From Eledone cirrhosa (Eukaryota), in NCBI GenBank assembly GCA_964016885.1, contig OZ024740.1:286316001-286380000 (forward strand): a stretch of DNA of 64,000 bases, written 5' to 3'. This document shows, in pieces, positions 39,006-50,066 of the stretch. A program made the translations under genes and the position numbers. The notes beneath the pieces were generated by a model. That model did not search any database and was not told the origin of the DNA. It saw nothing but the letters and a program-made list of their open reading frames with translations. The first letter of the stretch is position 1, and every line of letters starts with the position of its first letter.

Positions 39006-39119
39006 ATAATTGTTTCTACGTTAGGCACAAGGCCACCAATTACCCAGTGTATTACTGGTACTTTATTTTATCGACCCTGTAAGGATGAAAGGCAAAGTTA
39101 ACCTCGGCGGGATTTGAAT
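39006..39119 (-). mobile_element. SINE family B, 5'-truncated
   Basis: Near-identical to 27743-27853; truncated inside the B box. Confidence 0.85.
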
Positions 39120-39689
39120 TTGTATTCATATTTGTAAAGTTGGACAGATGAGATATGTTATTATAGTTCAGTTAACTTTTTTGTTCCATGCTTTGGCCAG
39201 AATTTAAAACGTTTGATATCACCCTTAATATAAAAAGATTTTGTGTTAATGTAAAATTTAGAAAAGGCATCCCTTACTTCGTGGGGTATGTGCCCCACAT
39301 TTAGAATCACTACTACAGTTTGATACTTTGTCTTAACTACAATTTCTGTTTTTGTTTAATCGATAATAGACAGGAATTAATTCAATCAAATATATATCTC
39401 TCATACAAAGCATGCATTGTGCTTAGTTAAAAGAAATCATTGATTGTGAGATGAGAAGTTTCAAGGACAGTGTTGCCTTAACACCTCACAGTATTTAATT
39501 TTATTCTTTTATATTTTGTGTTCAGATCCTACCAGAGGTTGATGTTGCTTGAATATTATTGTGGTTGAGAAAATAATGATCAATTTTATCAACTACAACT
39601 TTAACTTGTATTGAACATGATGATAGATGTACCACATATCCTATTCCATCATCAGTGTTTGATTACATCAGTATTCATGGCATGACATC

Positions 39690-40070
39690 AGTATTCTATG
39701 AGTGCCCAAAATGGGGTTCCTCCAAAGGTCTTTGGAGTAATGTTACTCGATAGAGTGCATAACTCAGAGATCAGAGTTGCTTCAGGTAGAGCTGCTACTT
39801 CTCTGAATTGAGAGATCACAACTCGGATACTATAGGTATGGAGTTAGAATGTCTCAGGAAAGAATTTCTGGACATATTTTACAGGCAAAAACCAACTGAT
39901 AAGAGACCCAAAAATAGACCCTGAGCAAGATGGTTGAATAACATACATGAGCTTGGCTGATCTCGCTTGGGGATCCAGCCAGATCAGTTGGAGTTGGTTG
40001 CTTCTGACATAACCTACTGGAAGGAGTACTTGAGGACTCTGCCTCAACAACCCTCCTAGGAATAAGTGGG
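39690..40070 (+). mobile_element. RTE-clade (Expander/Rex3-like) LINE 3' fragment
   Basis: Degenerate translation ...FLQRVFGVMLLDRVHNSEIR...RMSQERI...KRPKNRP*ARWLNNIHEL...SRLGIQP; homologous to 41466-41830. Confidence 0.78.
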
Positions 40071-41329
40071 CTAACATGACCCAGAAAGGATAAAAGGCAA
40101 AGTTAACTTCACTGGGATTCAAATTCAGAATGTGAAGAACCAAAACAAATGCTGCAAAGCTTTTGTTCAATGCTCTAAAGATTCCACCAACTACTGCCTT
40201 AGTAAGGTAATAATAGAAAATAAATTTATTTTAATAAAAAAAATGCAATGTGTGGGTGGGACTTACATTTTAGCTGAGGTTTCTTTCATATGTTTTATTC
40301 ACAGATGGAAAGATTCTTTTAAAATGATTCATTTGCATGGTTGAATTGACTTCTAGTTCATAGACACAAGTAAACTGGATTTACTTGTTTCAGTCAATTC
40401 CTGAATAGGTACCAAGAAATAAAAAAAAACTTATAATACTTATGAATACTGAAGTCATTTACTCATATGTAAGTCTATTAAATTGATGTGCCATAAATAT
40501 TAGCAACACCTAGTATTTCTTAAGCAACTCATTTCATACCTTTTTCTTCTTTTTTTTATAATCTTATTTATTCCTGACCTATTTTGACTGGATTTTATTA
40601 GAAAAAATATTCTTTCATTGCTATTATTTTATTCTTGACTCCCTGTGTGTGTGTGCGCGTGTGTGTGTGAGAGAGAGAGGGAGATTTATTTGTTGCTCAT
40701 TTTCTGGTATGCTGAAACAAGGCGTGTTTGAATATGATAGTTTATAAAGTATTTGTTTAATTAAATGTGTTAATAAATAGTATAGTCAGTATAAGATGGA
40801 AATATAATATTTAATGATTGTTTTGCTTATGTTCTATTATTTCTTTCTATAGTTGAGAAGAGCTTTGTGGGATAGGAATGTGAGATGTTTGGGTGGGGCT
40901 AATGAAGTTAGTGCTCTTAACATTCTCTTGAATCTTTCTGCTGTCTGATTTCAAATCCATCTTATGTCAACTCAATGTTTTGTTCATTCAGACATGATAA
41001 AATACATACCAGTTATATAATGGTGTAAAATGAATATATCCCTTCCTTTCAACAATTGGGTATTATCTCATTAAAAATTCAATATATTTGTCATGTGGAT
41101 TAGAGGAAAGTTCCAAATTCATGCAAAGCCTAAACAGTTTCGATTTGCACTTTTAGCAATTTACTTTCAATACCATGAGTCCCTAACTCCTGATCTAGTC
41201 AGAGGAACACCATCTTGTGCATTTAAACCTGGTGGACAGACTTGATGTTCAGAGGGAATGCTGGATGACACTGTCCTCTTAATTTTCAATAGTGCACCCT
41301 CAAATTTACAGTGATATGCTTATTCTGAA

Positions 41330-41830
41330 ATTCTGCCAGAGAATTGCGAATTAGGGCCCATCTGGAATGTTATAGTATGCTATAGAGGTTATAGTAGAAT
41401 TATCTTACCCATATTGTCATGTAATAGGCTGGAAGAAACTAATATTTTGTCTGTGAGATATGGCTGAAATGGAGTTCCTCTTAGGGGTCTTTGGAGTAAT
41501 GTTACTTGATAGTGTATAGCTTGGAGATCAGAGAGTTTCTCCAGGTAGAGCTGCTACCTCTCCAAATTGAGACAGCACAGCTCCAATACTATGGGTATGG
41601 GGTTGGAATGTCTTGGGAAAGGATCGCTGGACAGATTTTACGGGCAAAAACAACTGGCAGGAGATCCAGGGGTAGACCCTGAGAAAGATGGTTGGATAAC
41701 ATCCATGAGCTTGGCTGGTCTCACTTGAGGGTCCTGCTGGATCAGTTGGAGACAGTTACTTCTGACAGGATCTGCTGAAGGGAGTATTGGAGGACTCTGC
41801 CCCCACAACTCTCTCAGGAAAAAGTTGGGG
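41330..41830 (+). mobile_element. RTE-clade (Expander/Rex3-like) LINE 3' fragment, second copy
   Basis: AEMEFLLGVFGVMLLD...IETAQLQYYGYGVGMSWER...GRRSRGRP*ERWLDNIHELGWSHLRV; same family as 39690-40070. Confidence 0.8.
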
Positions 41831-41899
41831 AAGGAGTTTGTGAGATAATTACTTCTGAATAAGACAAAAACAAATTAAGATTATCAGCTTCATCTTTAG

Positions 41900-42450
41900 A
41901 GACAAAATATTTTGTAGATATTTATGTCTACAATATATTTTGGTCAGCGAAAACATAACCACAGCTATCCATAGAGCCATCTGCAAGGAAGGACTTGACA
42001 TACATTTAGCACACTCTGACCTTTTACTGCAAAGACATCTATCTAAAAAGCAATCCAGAGACAACAAGCCATGCATGCTAACTAACCGCCCTATCTATGA
42101 CACAGGTATGTGCCAGCAGACACATGTGGTATACCAGATTGAATGAAGCAAATGTAAAGAGTTCTACATTGGTAGCACAACTCGGCCACTCCGCATTAGA
42201 TAACATCTCAACACACATGCATCCTCATTCAACTTAAACACATCAATTTAAGCAAGAAATTTGCTTCCATGAGATAATACCTATGGCAATTGACATCATT
42301 CACCTGCTTCTCATGGATACTTCAGCAAACGTCAAACAAGGCTTGAAACCGGTTTATGAATTTTAAATTTAAATCTAATTTTAAAGCAGAGAGTTCCCTA
42401 TACTCTGGCGAAGGGAACTTTAAGTCCTGAAATATTAGGACAGGGGGGGG
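41900..42450 (+). mobile_element. Penelope-like element fragment (GIY-YIG endonuclease and 3' region)
   Basis: ORF 41940-42146 continued through its stop reads CQQTHVVYQIE*SKCKEFYIGSTTRPLRIR*HL, matching the VY-CxxC-YIG-T-R-R-EH signature of Penelope GIY-YIG endonucleases. Confidence 0.85.
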
Positions 42451-42919
42451 GGGGGGTACCAGGTAACTAATCTTTTCATTGCCTTCATCTTACTGTCCAT
42501 TTTGCATTGTTTTACCCTTCTTACATATATCACTTTACACATTATATATTTTGGTCAGTTTATTCTCCAATTTTTATCAAGTGTTTTATTCTTAGCAGTA
42601 GATATAGTATTAGACTGGATTCAAAGTAGGAACCTTTATTTCTAAACTAAGGTTAATAATGTTTTTATTTACCAGAGCACTGATGCTTGTACATGTACTC
42701 TGTAGATATTTGGCAATTAGACACATGAAGATGGTCAGATGAAAAAAAAATTTCAAATGTAGTATAAGTATTGATTTTTAACAAGGCTTCAAACTTTGGG
42801 AGAGGTGAGTATAATCAATTAAGATCATCTTTAATTTCTGACTGGTGCCTATTTTATTGAGCTCAGAAGGATATGATGTTTTGTAGTGACTGTCATACAC
42901 GCTCATGTATGTATATGTA

Positions 42920-42953
<34 letters not shown>

Positions 42954-43154
42954 GTAATATATAATAGATTTGAAGACTAAAATCCAAAGAGGGCTCGATA
43001 AGGATATATATCAAATATATAAGAACCCTAGAGCAAATATTTATTAAATAACAGATTAAAGTTTAAGCAAAGAATCGCTGCTTTCACCCTTAACAGGATC
43101 TTCTGAAACTAAAATAATCAATCTGTGAACGCAGAAGTAAATATTTCGAAAAAC

Positions 43155-43470
43155 GTTGCAACCGAAGGAAAACAGGAAGTGATGTTGCATGGTAGTGAGA
43201 CCTGGGCGCTGAAGGTGGAAGACTTACGTAGATTAGAGAGAAACGAAGTCTGCATGCTCCGATGGATGTGTAACAGTAATATACGCGAACGACAAAGCAT
43301 AAATGAATTGAGAGAAAGACTAAGCATAAGAGGAATCAAATGCTGTGTGCAGGAGAGGCGGTTGCGTTGGTATGGACATGTGATGCGTATGAAGGATGAC
43401 AGCTGCATAAAAAGGTGCAGAGCACTAAAAGTCGATGGAAACCGCGGAGTGGGGAGACCCAAGATGACCT
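43155..43470 (+). mobile_element. RTE LINE ORF fragment inside the Helitron
   Basis: VMLHGSETWALKVEDLRRLERNEVCMLRWMC...QERRLRWYGHVMRM...GVGRPKMT; homologous to 27244-27624 but lacking the 3' end and tail. Confidence 0.88.
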
Positions 43471-44183
43471 GTGATCATAATCTATAAAGCTCAGTGTGTG
43501 GTCATGTTTCTTTGTTATAGAAATCTACGATATAGAATTTCTTCAATTGAAATTTACAATTCAGTATTCGAAATAGCTTTGATTGGGTCTTGGCACATAT
43601 AATTTTTTCAATTTAAGCCACAATTACGCAAAAGATCGATAAAACTCAATATTTAACGATTTCCTCTTTCCATTACCATTCAAAATCTATACAACTTCAT
43701 ACTTTCTGCTACTTTCTCTTTCCAAGCTGAAACAACACGTAAAATGAAACTAAATTATTCTTTTCATTTTACATTGTTCATGTTGATGGTGATACTGTCC
43801 GTTTTACTCTCTCATATCATCTGCTCACCTCTATCTACAACCCACACATTTTGCTACTTTCTCTTTCATACTAAATTCGGTTTATTCACCGTTAGCAGCT
43901 ACGCGCATCTTTTAAAAATGTGAGTTACAATGTTTTTCAAACGTTCTAACTTTTAGTTGCTTCAAACTTAATGATTTATTTACAAACACATACAAACACA
44001 TACTCACATAAATTGATAAAAAAAAATTTAAAGCAATTAAACAACGTGCGGGATTTATAACCACAAATACACACTTCATTAAAAAATAAACTAATAATTT
44101 GCGACAATTCTTTTCTTTAAATCGTAAAATTAAGCGACATAATTATTTTCATTTTCGGCTGTTAATTTTCATGGGGATACTAA

Positions 44184-44417
44184 ACAACTCCTGACCCAGA
44201 GGACGTCATCAACTATCCAATAGAGGTACTCAATTCCTTTGAGCCCCCCGGACTACCACCAGACATTCTCAAACTTAAAGTTGGTGCCCCTATAATGCTC
44301 ATTAGAAATTTGGTTCCCCCGAAACAATGCAATTGCACACGTTTGATCGTTAAGTCCTTATCTCCCAATCTGATTGAGGCCACGATTATCACAAGGTGCG
44401 GTCGAGGCAATGTTGTT
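44184..44417 (+). pseudogene. Helitron RepHel PIF1-type helicase fragment
   Basis: In-frame extension of ORF 44295: DPEDVINYPIEVLNSFEPPGLPPDILKLKVGAPIMLIRNLVPPKQCNCTRLIVKSLSPNLIEATIITRCGRG. This matches the conserved YPxEFLNS...PPHxLxLKVGxPIMLLRNLxPxxLCNGTRL block of Helitron helicases. Confidence 0.9.
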
Positions 44418-44965
44418 TCAACTCATACACTTTACAGACTAAACAACAAAAACATTAGCCACATTAACGTACAATTTCGTTTATTCTAAATGTGAGTCTT
44501 CAAACTGATTTATTTATTTGCAAACACATACAAACACACACTCACATCAAATGAATAATTAAACTTTAAATCAATTTAACCACGTGCCGGATTTCTAACC
44601 ACACATACACACTTCATTAACAAATAAAAATTCTAATTTGCGACAATTATTCTCTTTCAATCGGAAAATCAAACGACATAATTATTTTCATTTTCGGTTG
44701 TTAATCTTCATGTAAACAAACGCATTTATTTGACGAGGCTCGATAAGGATAAATATATATCAAATATATAAGAACCCTAGAGCAAATCCCGAGCAACGCT
44801 GGGCCATTCTGCTAGTGAGGTGATAAAAGCCGACCTTACCCAATTACACTTCTGAAAGGCTATGACACACGACCGTGATCTCTGGCGTCACGCAGTAATA
44901 CAGAGTACCCGACCTCCCATGGGTACAAGCTGAAGCATATAGACAATATGCCCCCCCCCCCCCCC

Positions 44966-45183
44966 CACTGCAAGGTGGTCGTGGAGGTGCCACGGCAAAA
45001 AAGCACCCAGCCCACACTGTAAATGAGGTTGGTGTTAGGAAGGGCATCCAGCCGTAGAAATCAAGCCAAATCAGTTCCTGTATGAGCAAGGCATGGTCAG
45101 CCGACCAGACACTGCCCACAGCAGGACAACCCGTCTAACCCATGCTAGCATGGAAGAATGGACGTAAAACGGTGATGATGATG
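44966..45183 (+). mobile_element. SINE family A, 5'-truncated, long-tail variant
   Basis: Near-identical to 19275-19495; preceded by a poly-C run; ends with (GAT)n. Confidence 0.85.
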
Positions 45184-47222
45184 TTGTTAAAAATATGAAT
45201 CTAAAAAAGTATTATGAAATGAAAAATATATAAACTCTGAGCAAAACTTTTACACTGACAAAATGTGTACAAAGTTGGGTATGTCCTTGTTTCCAGTCAT
45301 GAATGAGGTCTATTTACATTGTGGTTTTATTTACACAATGAATGAAAAAAATATACAGACCTCTCTATATAATTAATTTAGTTTAATGATGTATTGGACT
45401 GAAAATACAATACTAATGATAACAAATGGACTTACTTACCATAAAGTCAAGCCTACGTGAAATTACAGGCATTATTTGCTTAGATAGCTATTACCACTTG
45501 TCTATCTGGTTTTATATTTCTTTGTTGCTGTTCTGTTTTCAAGCTTTCAATTACAAAGCCATAGTTACTCACCATATTCCTGACTGCTGGTAACATATAA
45601 GTACTTTAAAGGATATATATATATTCATTTGAGAATTTGCATATGTTTTATCAGTTTCTCGTTTATTATTATAACTGTAGGTATCAGATTTTCTCACACA
45701 CAACCACACCTACCACTTTAACTGTTAGTTTTGTTGTTTTTTTCTGAAGCTAAACTATATCATCTTGTTTCATAGTAATTACTGACAATTGTGAGCTTAC
45801 TTAACTTGTTATCTGATCTTTATTTCTTCATCTCTTCCTCTTATTGCTTTTAAATAAGAACTAATGTAACATTTGTTTGGCAAGTTTTCCATGGCAGAAT
45901 GCCCTTATCACCAATCACTTTACAGAGTATACTGGGTGTATTTTTACCAACAATAGAAAGTTGTATTGTTGACAAAACTGAAGTCTTTATATTGTGTACT
46001 TGACACATTTTTGTAGAACAACACTTTTGTGTCATGACTGAAAACTCATTTTAACCTTTTTGGGCATGGTTTCTATAGCTGGAGCCCTTTCTAACACCAA
46101 CCACTTTACAGTGTGTACTGTGTTTTACTGTAGCACCAGTACTAGGGAGGTTGTCGGTCACTGACTCGACTGATGAGCCCTTTTTACACATTAGGAGTAA
46201 GAAGGATAACAGGTATAACATCATGAGTATGTGGAATTTGCCAGAATGATGAGTGGTAGTTGGTCTCTAATAGAGTGGGGGTTTGCCACTAAGGAGTTAT
46301 GACTGGAGTGCTTGTATTTCTGAGGAGCTGAGGTAGCGTTAGGGGCTCAGTAATGATAATAGGTACTAAGGTGCAATAGAGTGTGTTGGATAATTGCTTC
46401 ATTATGTGTGAATATCATATCAATCAATTTACTGCAATTATTATAGATGTGTAGGAGTTATTGCTTTATACATTATTTCATCATAGGCTAAATTACTTCT
46501 TACTTTGATGTAAATGTGGTTTTCCTGGATAAAACATTTAATTCTAGCTACCTACTTTATCCTTCATAGGTAACTTCATACAAGGAGATTTATTTCTCAT
46601 ATTCTTAGTGTTAATAAAAGTTGTCTTTAGATTCTAGACATTGGAGATAAATAAATTGACTGGCTGTTTTATGAGAACATAATTAGTTTATATGATACCA
46701 TAGATAGAATTTGTTTGATATTTTTAGATATTTAGAAATGCAATGATATCTACATCGGTTTGACCTCTCTCTTATCTTCTTTCTCTCATTGTTGTAAGCA
46801 GTGGAATTATTACATAATCCTTTGGTTAGCTTGTAGTACTGAGTTCAAGTTAGCCTAGAGAAAGCTATTGGAAATTGTTGTATTACTTAGATCTAGACAC
46901 TGTAACAATACAAAAAACGATTTAAGGTAATTTTTCTTGCTAAAAGTAGGGATTAGCATTGTGGGCCCCATGACTAGTCTTCTCCATTATGGACCTTCTC
47001 TCACAGTCCACAAATATCTTGATCAGCTTTCCTTTTAGATACAGATTCTTGGTACATGTATTATTATCATCATCATCATTTAGTGTCTGTTTTCCCTGCT
47101 AGCAAGGATTAAATGTCATCAATTATTTGCATTTTTTTTTCTAGTTTATTTTCATATTTAACCCCCAATTCATTTAGGGATAACATTACTTAATAATTGT
47201 TATACTTTTTTGGTGGCGAGGT

Positions 47223-47539
47223 GTCATGTTGGCAATAAAAAACACATGCACCAGTTGAGTTCCACTGCAGTTTATTATTTAGTTGAGTAACTAATCCATT
47301 CATTGGTTAGTATAAAAACTGGTTGTTTGTTTAATTGTTAATTGTCAAAGTTCTTTCATCACACACAGAAGCAAGAATAGTCACTGAGAAGGTCTCAGGA
47401 TGTGTAACAAAATAGCTTTGACAATTAATTAAACAACCAACTTGTTATTAAACTAACCAATGAATGGATTAGTTACTCAACTAAATAATAAACTGAAGTG
47501 AAATTCAACTATTGCATATGTTATTATAGGCAGCATGAC
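47223..47539. repeat. Long foldback inverted repeat with about 130-bp arms and a 44-bp perfect core
   Basis: 47268-47311 CAGTTTATTATTTAGTTGAGTAACTAATCCATTCATTGGTTAGT is the exact reverse complement of 47452-47495. Imperfect pairing extends to GTCATG (47223)/CATGAC (47539) and inward to about 47350/47414. Confidence 0.9.
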
Positions 47540-48289
47540 CCAACCAAACCTGTTTCAACACATGATTTCACATTCAAGAATCTTGCAAAATAAATACACA
47601 AATGAACTACCTAAAAAGTTTCATTAATTGGAGTTGCTGACCAGATTAAATGTCTAAGAGTATTTGATTTTTCTTTGTATATTCTAAGTTCAAATTTTAT
47701 AAAATGATAACCAAACATATACTAAAGTTGATTCAATTTATATTTGAATGGACAAGAGGTCAAATTTATTTTTAACGGAATAGGTAATAACTCTTTTTAA
47801 TAAAGCTTTTGTATATTATGGGTGAGTGATATTGATATAGCTGGTTATTTGAAAGAGTTACGGGATGGGCAGATACCGGTATGGCTATAACGTTAAATAG
47901 TTTGCTTTGCAGCCAAGTGGGCCTGGGCTTGATCCCACTGAGCAGCACCCTGGGCAAGTAAACAGGTCAGCTGTGGTCAAGCAGAATTATGATCAAAGGC
48001 ATTCAAATTGTGACAGTCTTCTATTTTTAAGGAATTTCTGGGCCATTATTCAATGTCCTTACTTTTTTTAAAAACTTGTATGTCATGATTTGAGTGAGAT
48101 TTGGCTACAATTTATAGCTGGTTAAGTAAACATTTAGAGAGAGTATGTATATTAAGGTGCCTTGAAGCATGATGACATTTTGGGGGAGATGAAAGCCATA
48201 TAACTGCCATATAAAACATCTGTGATTTATGTGCTGACTTAATTGAAAGAGTTAGGTGTGTTTTGCTTTGTTTGTTAAAAGTAACTGTT

Positions 48290-48530
48290 TTTGAAAGCCC
48301 TAAAACAATTCTCAGGCCCTCCCCACTCCCAATTCACTTATCTCTCCTCTTCCTATTATCCATGTTGTGTTCAACTTTGCTTCCCAGACCTACACAAATC
48401 ATTATGCCTAGTCCTTCCCAGAATGTTAACACTCTGGAACTTCCTCCCTGTTCTTATCTTTCCAAAAGTAGTGGATCTAAAAGCAGAACATCTATGACAT
48501 TAATTTCTCTAGTTGTGAAGGCCGTGGGCA
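48290..48530 (+). mobile_element. Probable CR1/L2-group LINE 3' fragment
   Basis: LPRMLTLWNFLPVLIFPKVVDLK resembles the FFPRTxxLWNxLPxxVFP C-terminal motif of CR1-group ORF2; short and degenerate. Confidence 0.45.
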
Positions 48531-49885
48531 CTGACTGACCTTTCCTTCAGACCTACTAAGTAAATAAAATAAAACCCACTGGTCTAGCTTTGTGTGAAAG
48601 CTTTCAAAGGCCATGGGAACTGCCATTACTCTTAAGACTAAATTATTATTGAATGTGAAGGTGTGTAGCTTAGTGCTTAGGGTGTTCGATTCGTTATTGT
48701 AAGGCCATGTTAGATTTCTAGCAGCACATTGTATCCTTGAGCAAGAGACTTTATTTTTGTGAAAATGCATTATGGCTACATAATGCACATTAATTTCACA
48801 GGCTGTTTCCTTGGTTAAACTGGAACACTCACCATTGGAACCAATGGAGGTCCAACACACATACACACACACATATCTTTATTACAATTTTGTAAAGAAA
48901 CTGAATATAACATATGCCTTTTGTAAAACAATGGGTTATGTACTAGTGATAATAATAAAAAAAATAGAGTAAATATAGGAAGAGCAAATACATGTAAATA
49001 TTCATACATTAGTGATAATTGAAAAAAAATGAAACAAAGGAATTAAGCATTTATACATTTGATTGTTTTTCTGTTTTTAGTTGGATAACCATATATTTGC
49101 ATTTACTACATAATGGATCTTTAATGAACTGAATTTATCCAAGTGTTCATTTTAGAAGTTTTGTTAAAGAATGCTCTTATAATAGAATTTTAAGGTGGAT
49201 TTGATATGATATAGAATTAACTGCCAACCATGTTTTTTTTTGTTTTTCTCAGGAAATTTTACATTTGTTAACCCTTTTGGTACAAAACTAGTCATACTTC
49301 AACCGTACAAAGCTGTTAGTTTTTAAATGTATATATTTATCTAATACCTTCTATCATAATTCTACATTAGAACCTTTGCTTTGCACCAAATACTAGGTAA
49401 ACAATGAGGAAGTTATTTGTATTATTGAATGTCCTCAAATTCTTAATTGTTTTTAAAATGATTTTAAAAATGTAGGCAATGTCTTTCATTAGAAATACAG
49501 TAATGGAGTTTAATCTGTTTTAATTCTAACAATATTATGGTCTATTATCAGATAGTTGTATTTAATTATTTCTGGTTGATTAATAACACAAGTGTAGAAT
49601 ATTTATTGAAAAAATGACAGTTCACACTTATACAGGTTCAGCTGGCCTCCTACAAGGTTTCGTCTCAGGAGACTTCTGGAGTGTTAATGATTGGAGCCCC
49701 AGTCATATGAAAAGCAACAAGAAATGAAACATGTTGCTCAAGAACACATGCCATTTGTTTAAGGAATTTAACCCTTTAGCAATTACATTACTCTATTTTT
49801 ACTATTTAATTTCATGGTAAACACTTTATCTCACATAGTTATCTCGCATAATATCGAATCTATGAGATTTTGATATTATTTATTT

Positions 49886-50066
49886 TGGCAGTATCAGTAG
49901 AGGGTCGGACGCCATGCTTTGCAGCATAGAGTTACGGCCCTTGCCATTCTGAGTTCAAATCCCGCCGAGGTTAACTTTGCTTTTCATCCTTATGGGGTTG
50001 ATAAAATAAAGTACCAGTAATGCACTGGGTAATTGCTGGCCTTGTGCCAAAAGTAGAAACAATTAT
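49886..50066 (+). mobile_element. SINE family B, near full length
   Basis: TGGCAGTATCAGTAGAGGGTCGGACG head, GAGTTCAAATCC B box, near-identical to 13094-13266. Flanked by repeated ATTATTTATTTTG (possible TSD). Confidence 0.88.

Larger units (their letters stand above)
42955..44815 (+). mobile_element. Chimeric non-autonomous Helitron with internal PIF1-helicase fragment, RTE fragment and internal direct repeats
   Basis: 3' end hairpin CCCGAGCAACGCTGGG (44788-44803), then CTAG|T (44812-44816); helicase-coding piece at 44184-44417; CpG-retaining. The 5' boundary is inferred from the (TA)n junction and is uncertain. Confidence 0.75.

Noticed and set aside
46165-46210. CTGATGAG hammerhead-core-like words (also near 37791)
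   Set aside because: No stem II followed by GAAA downstream.
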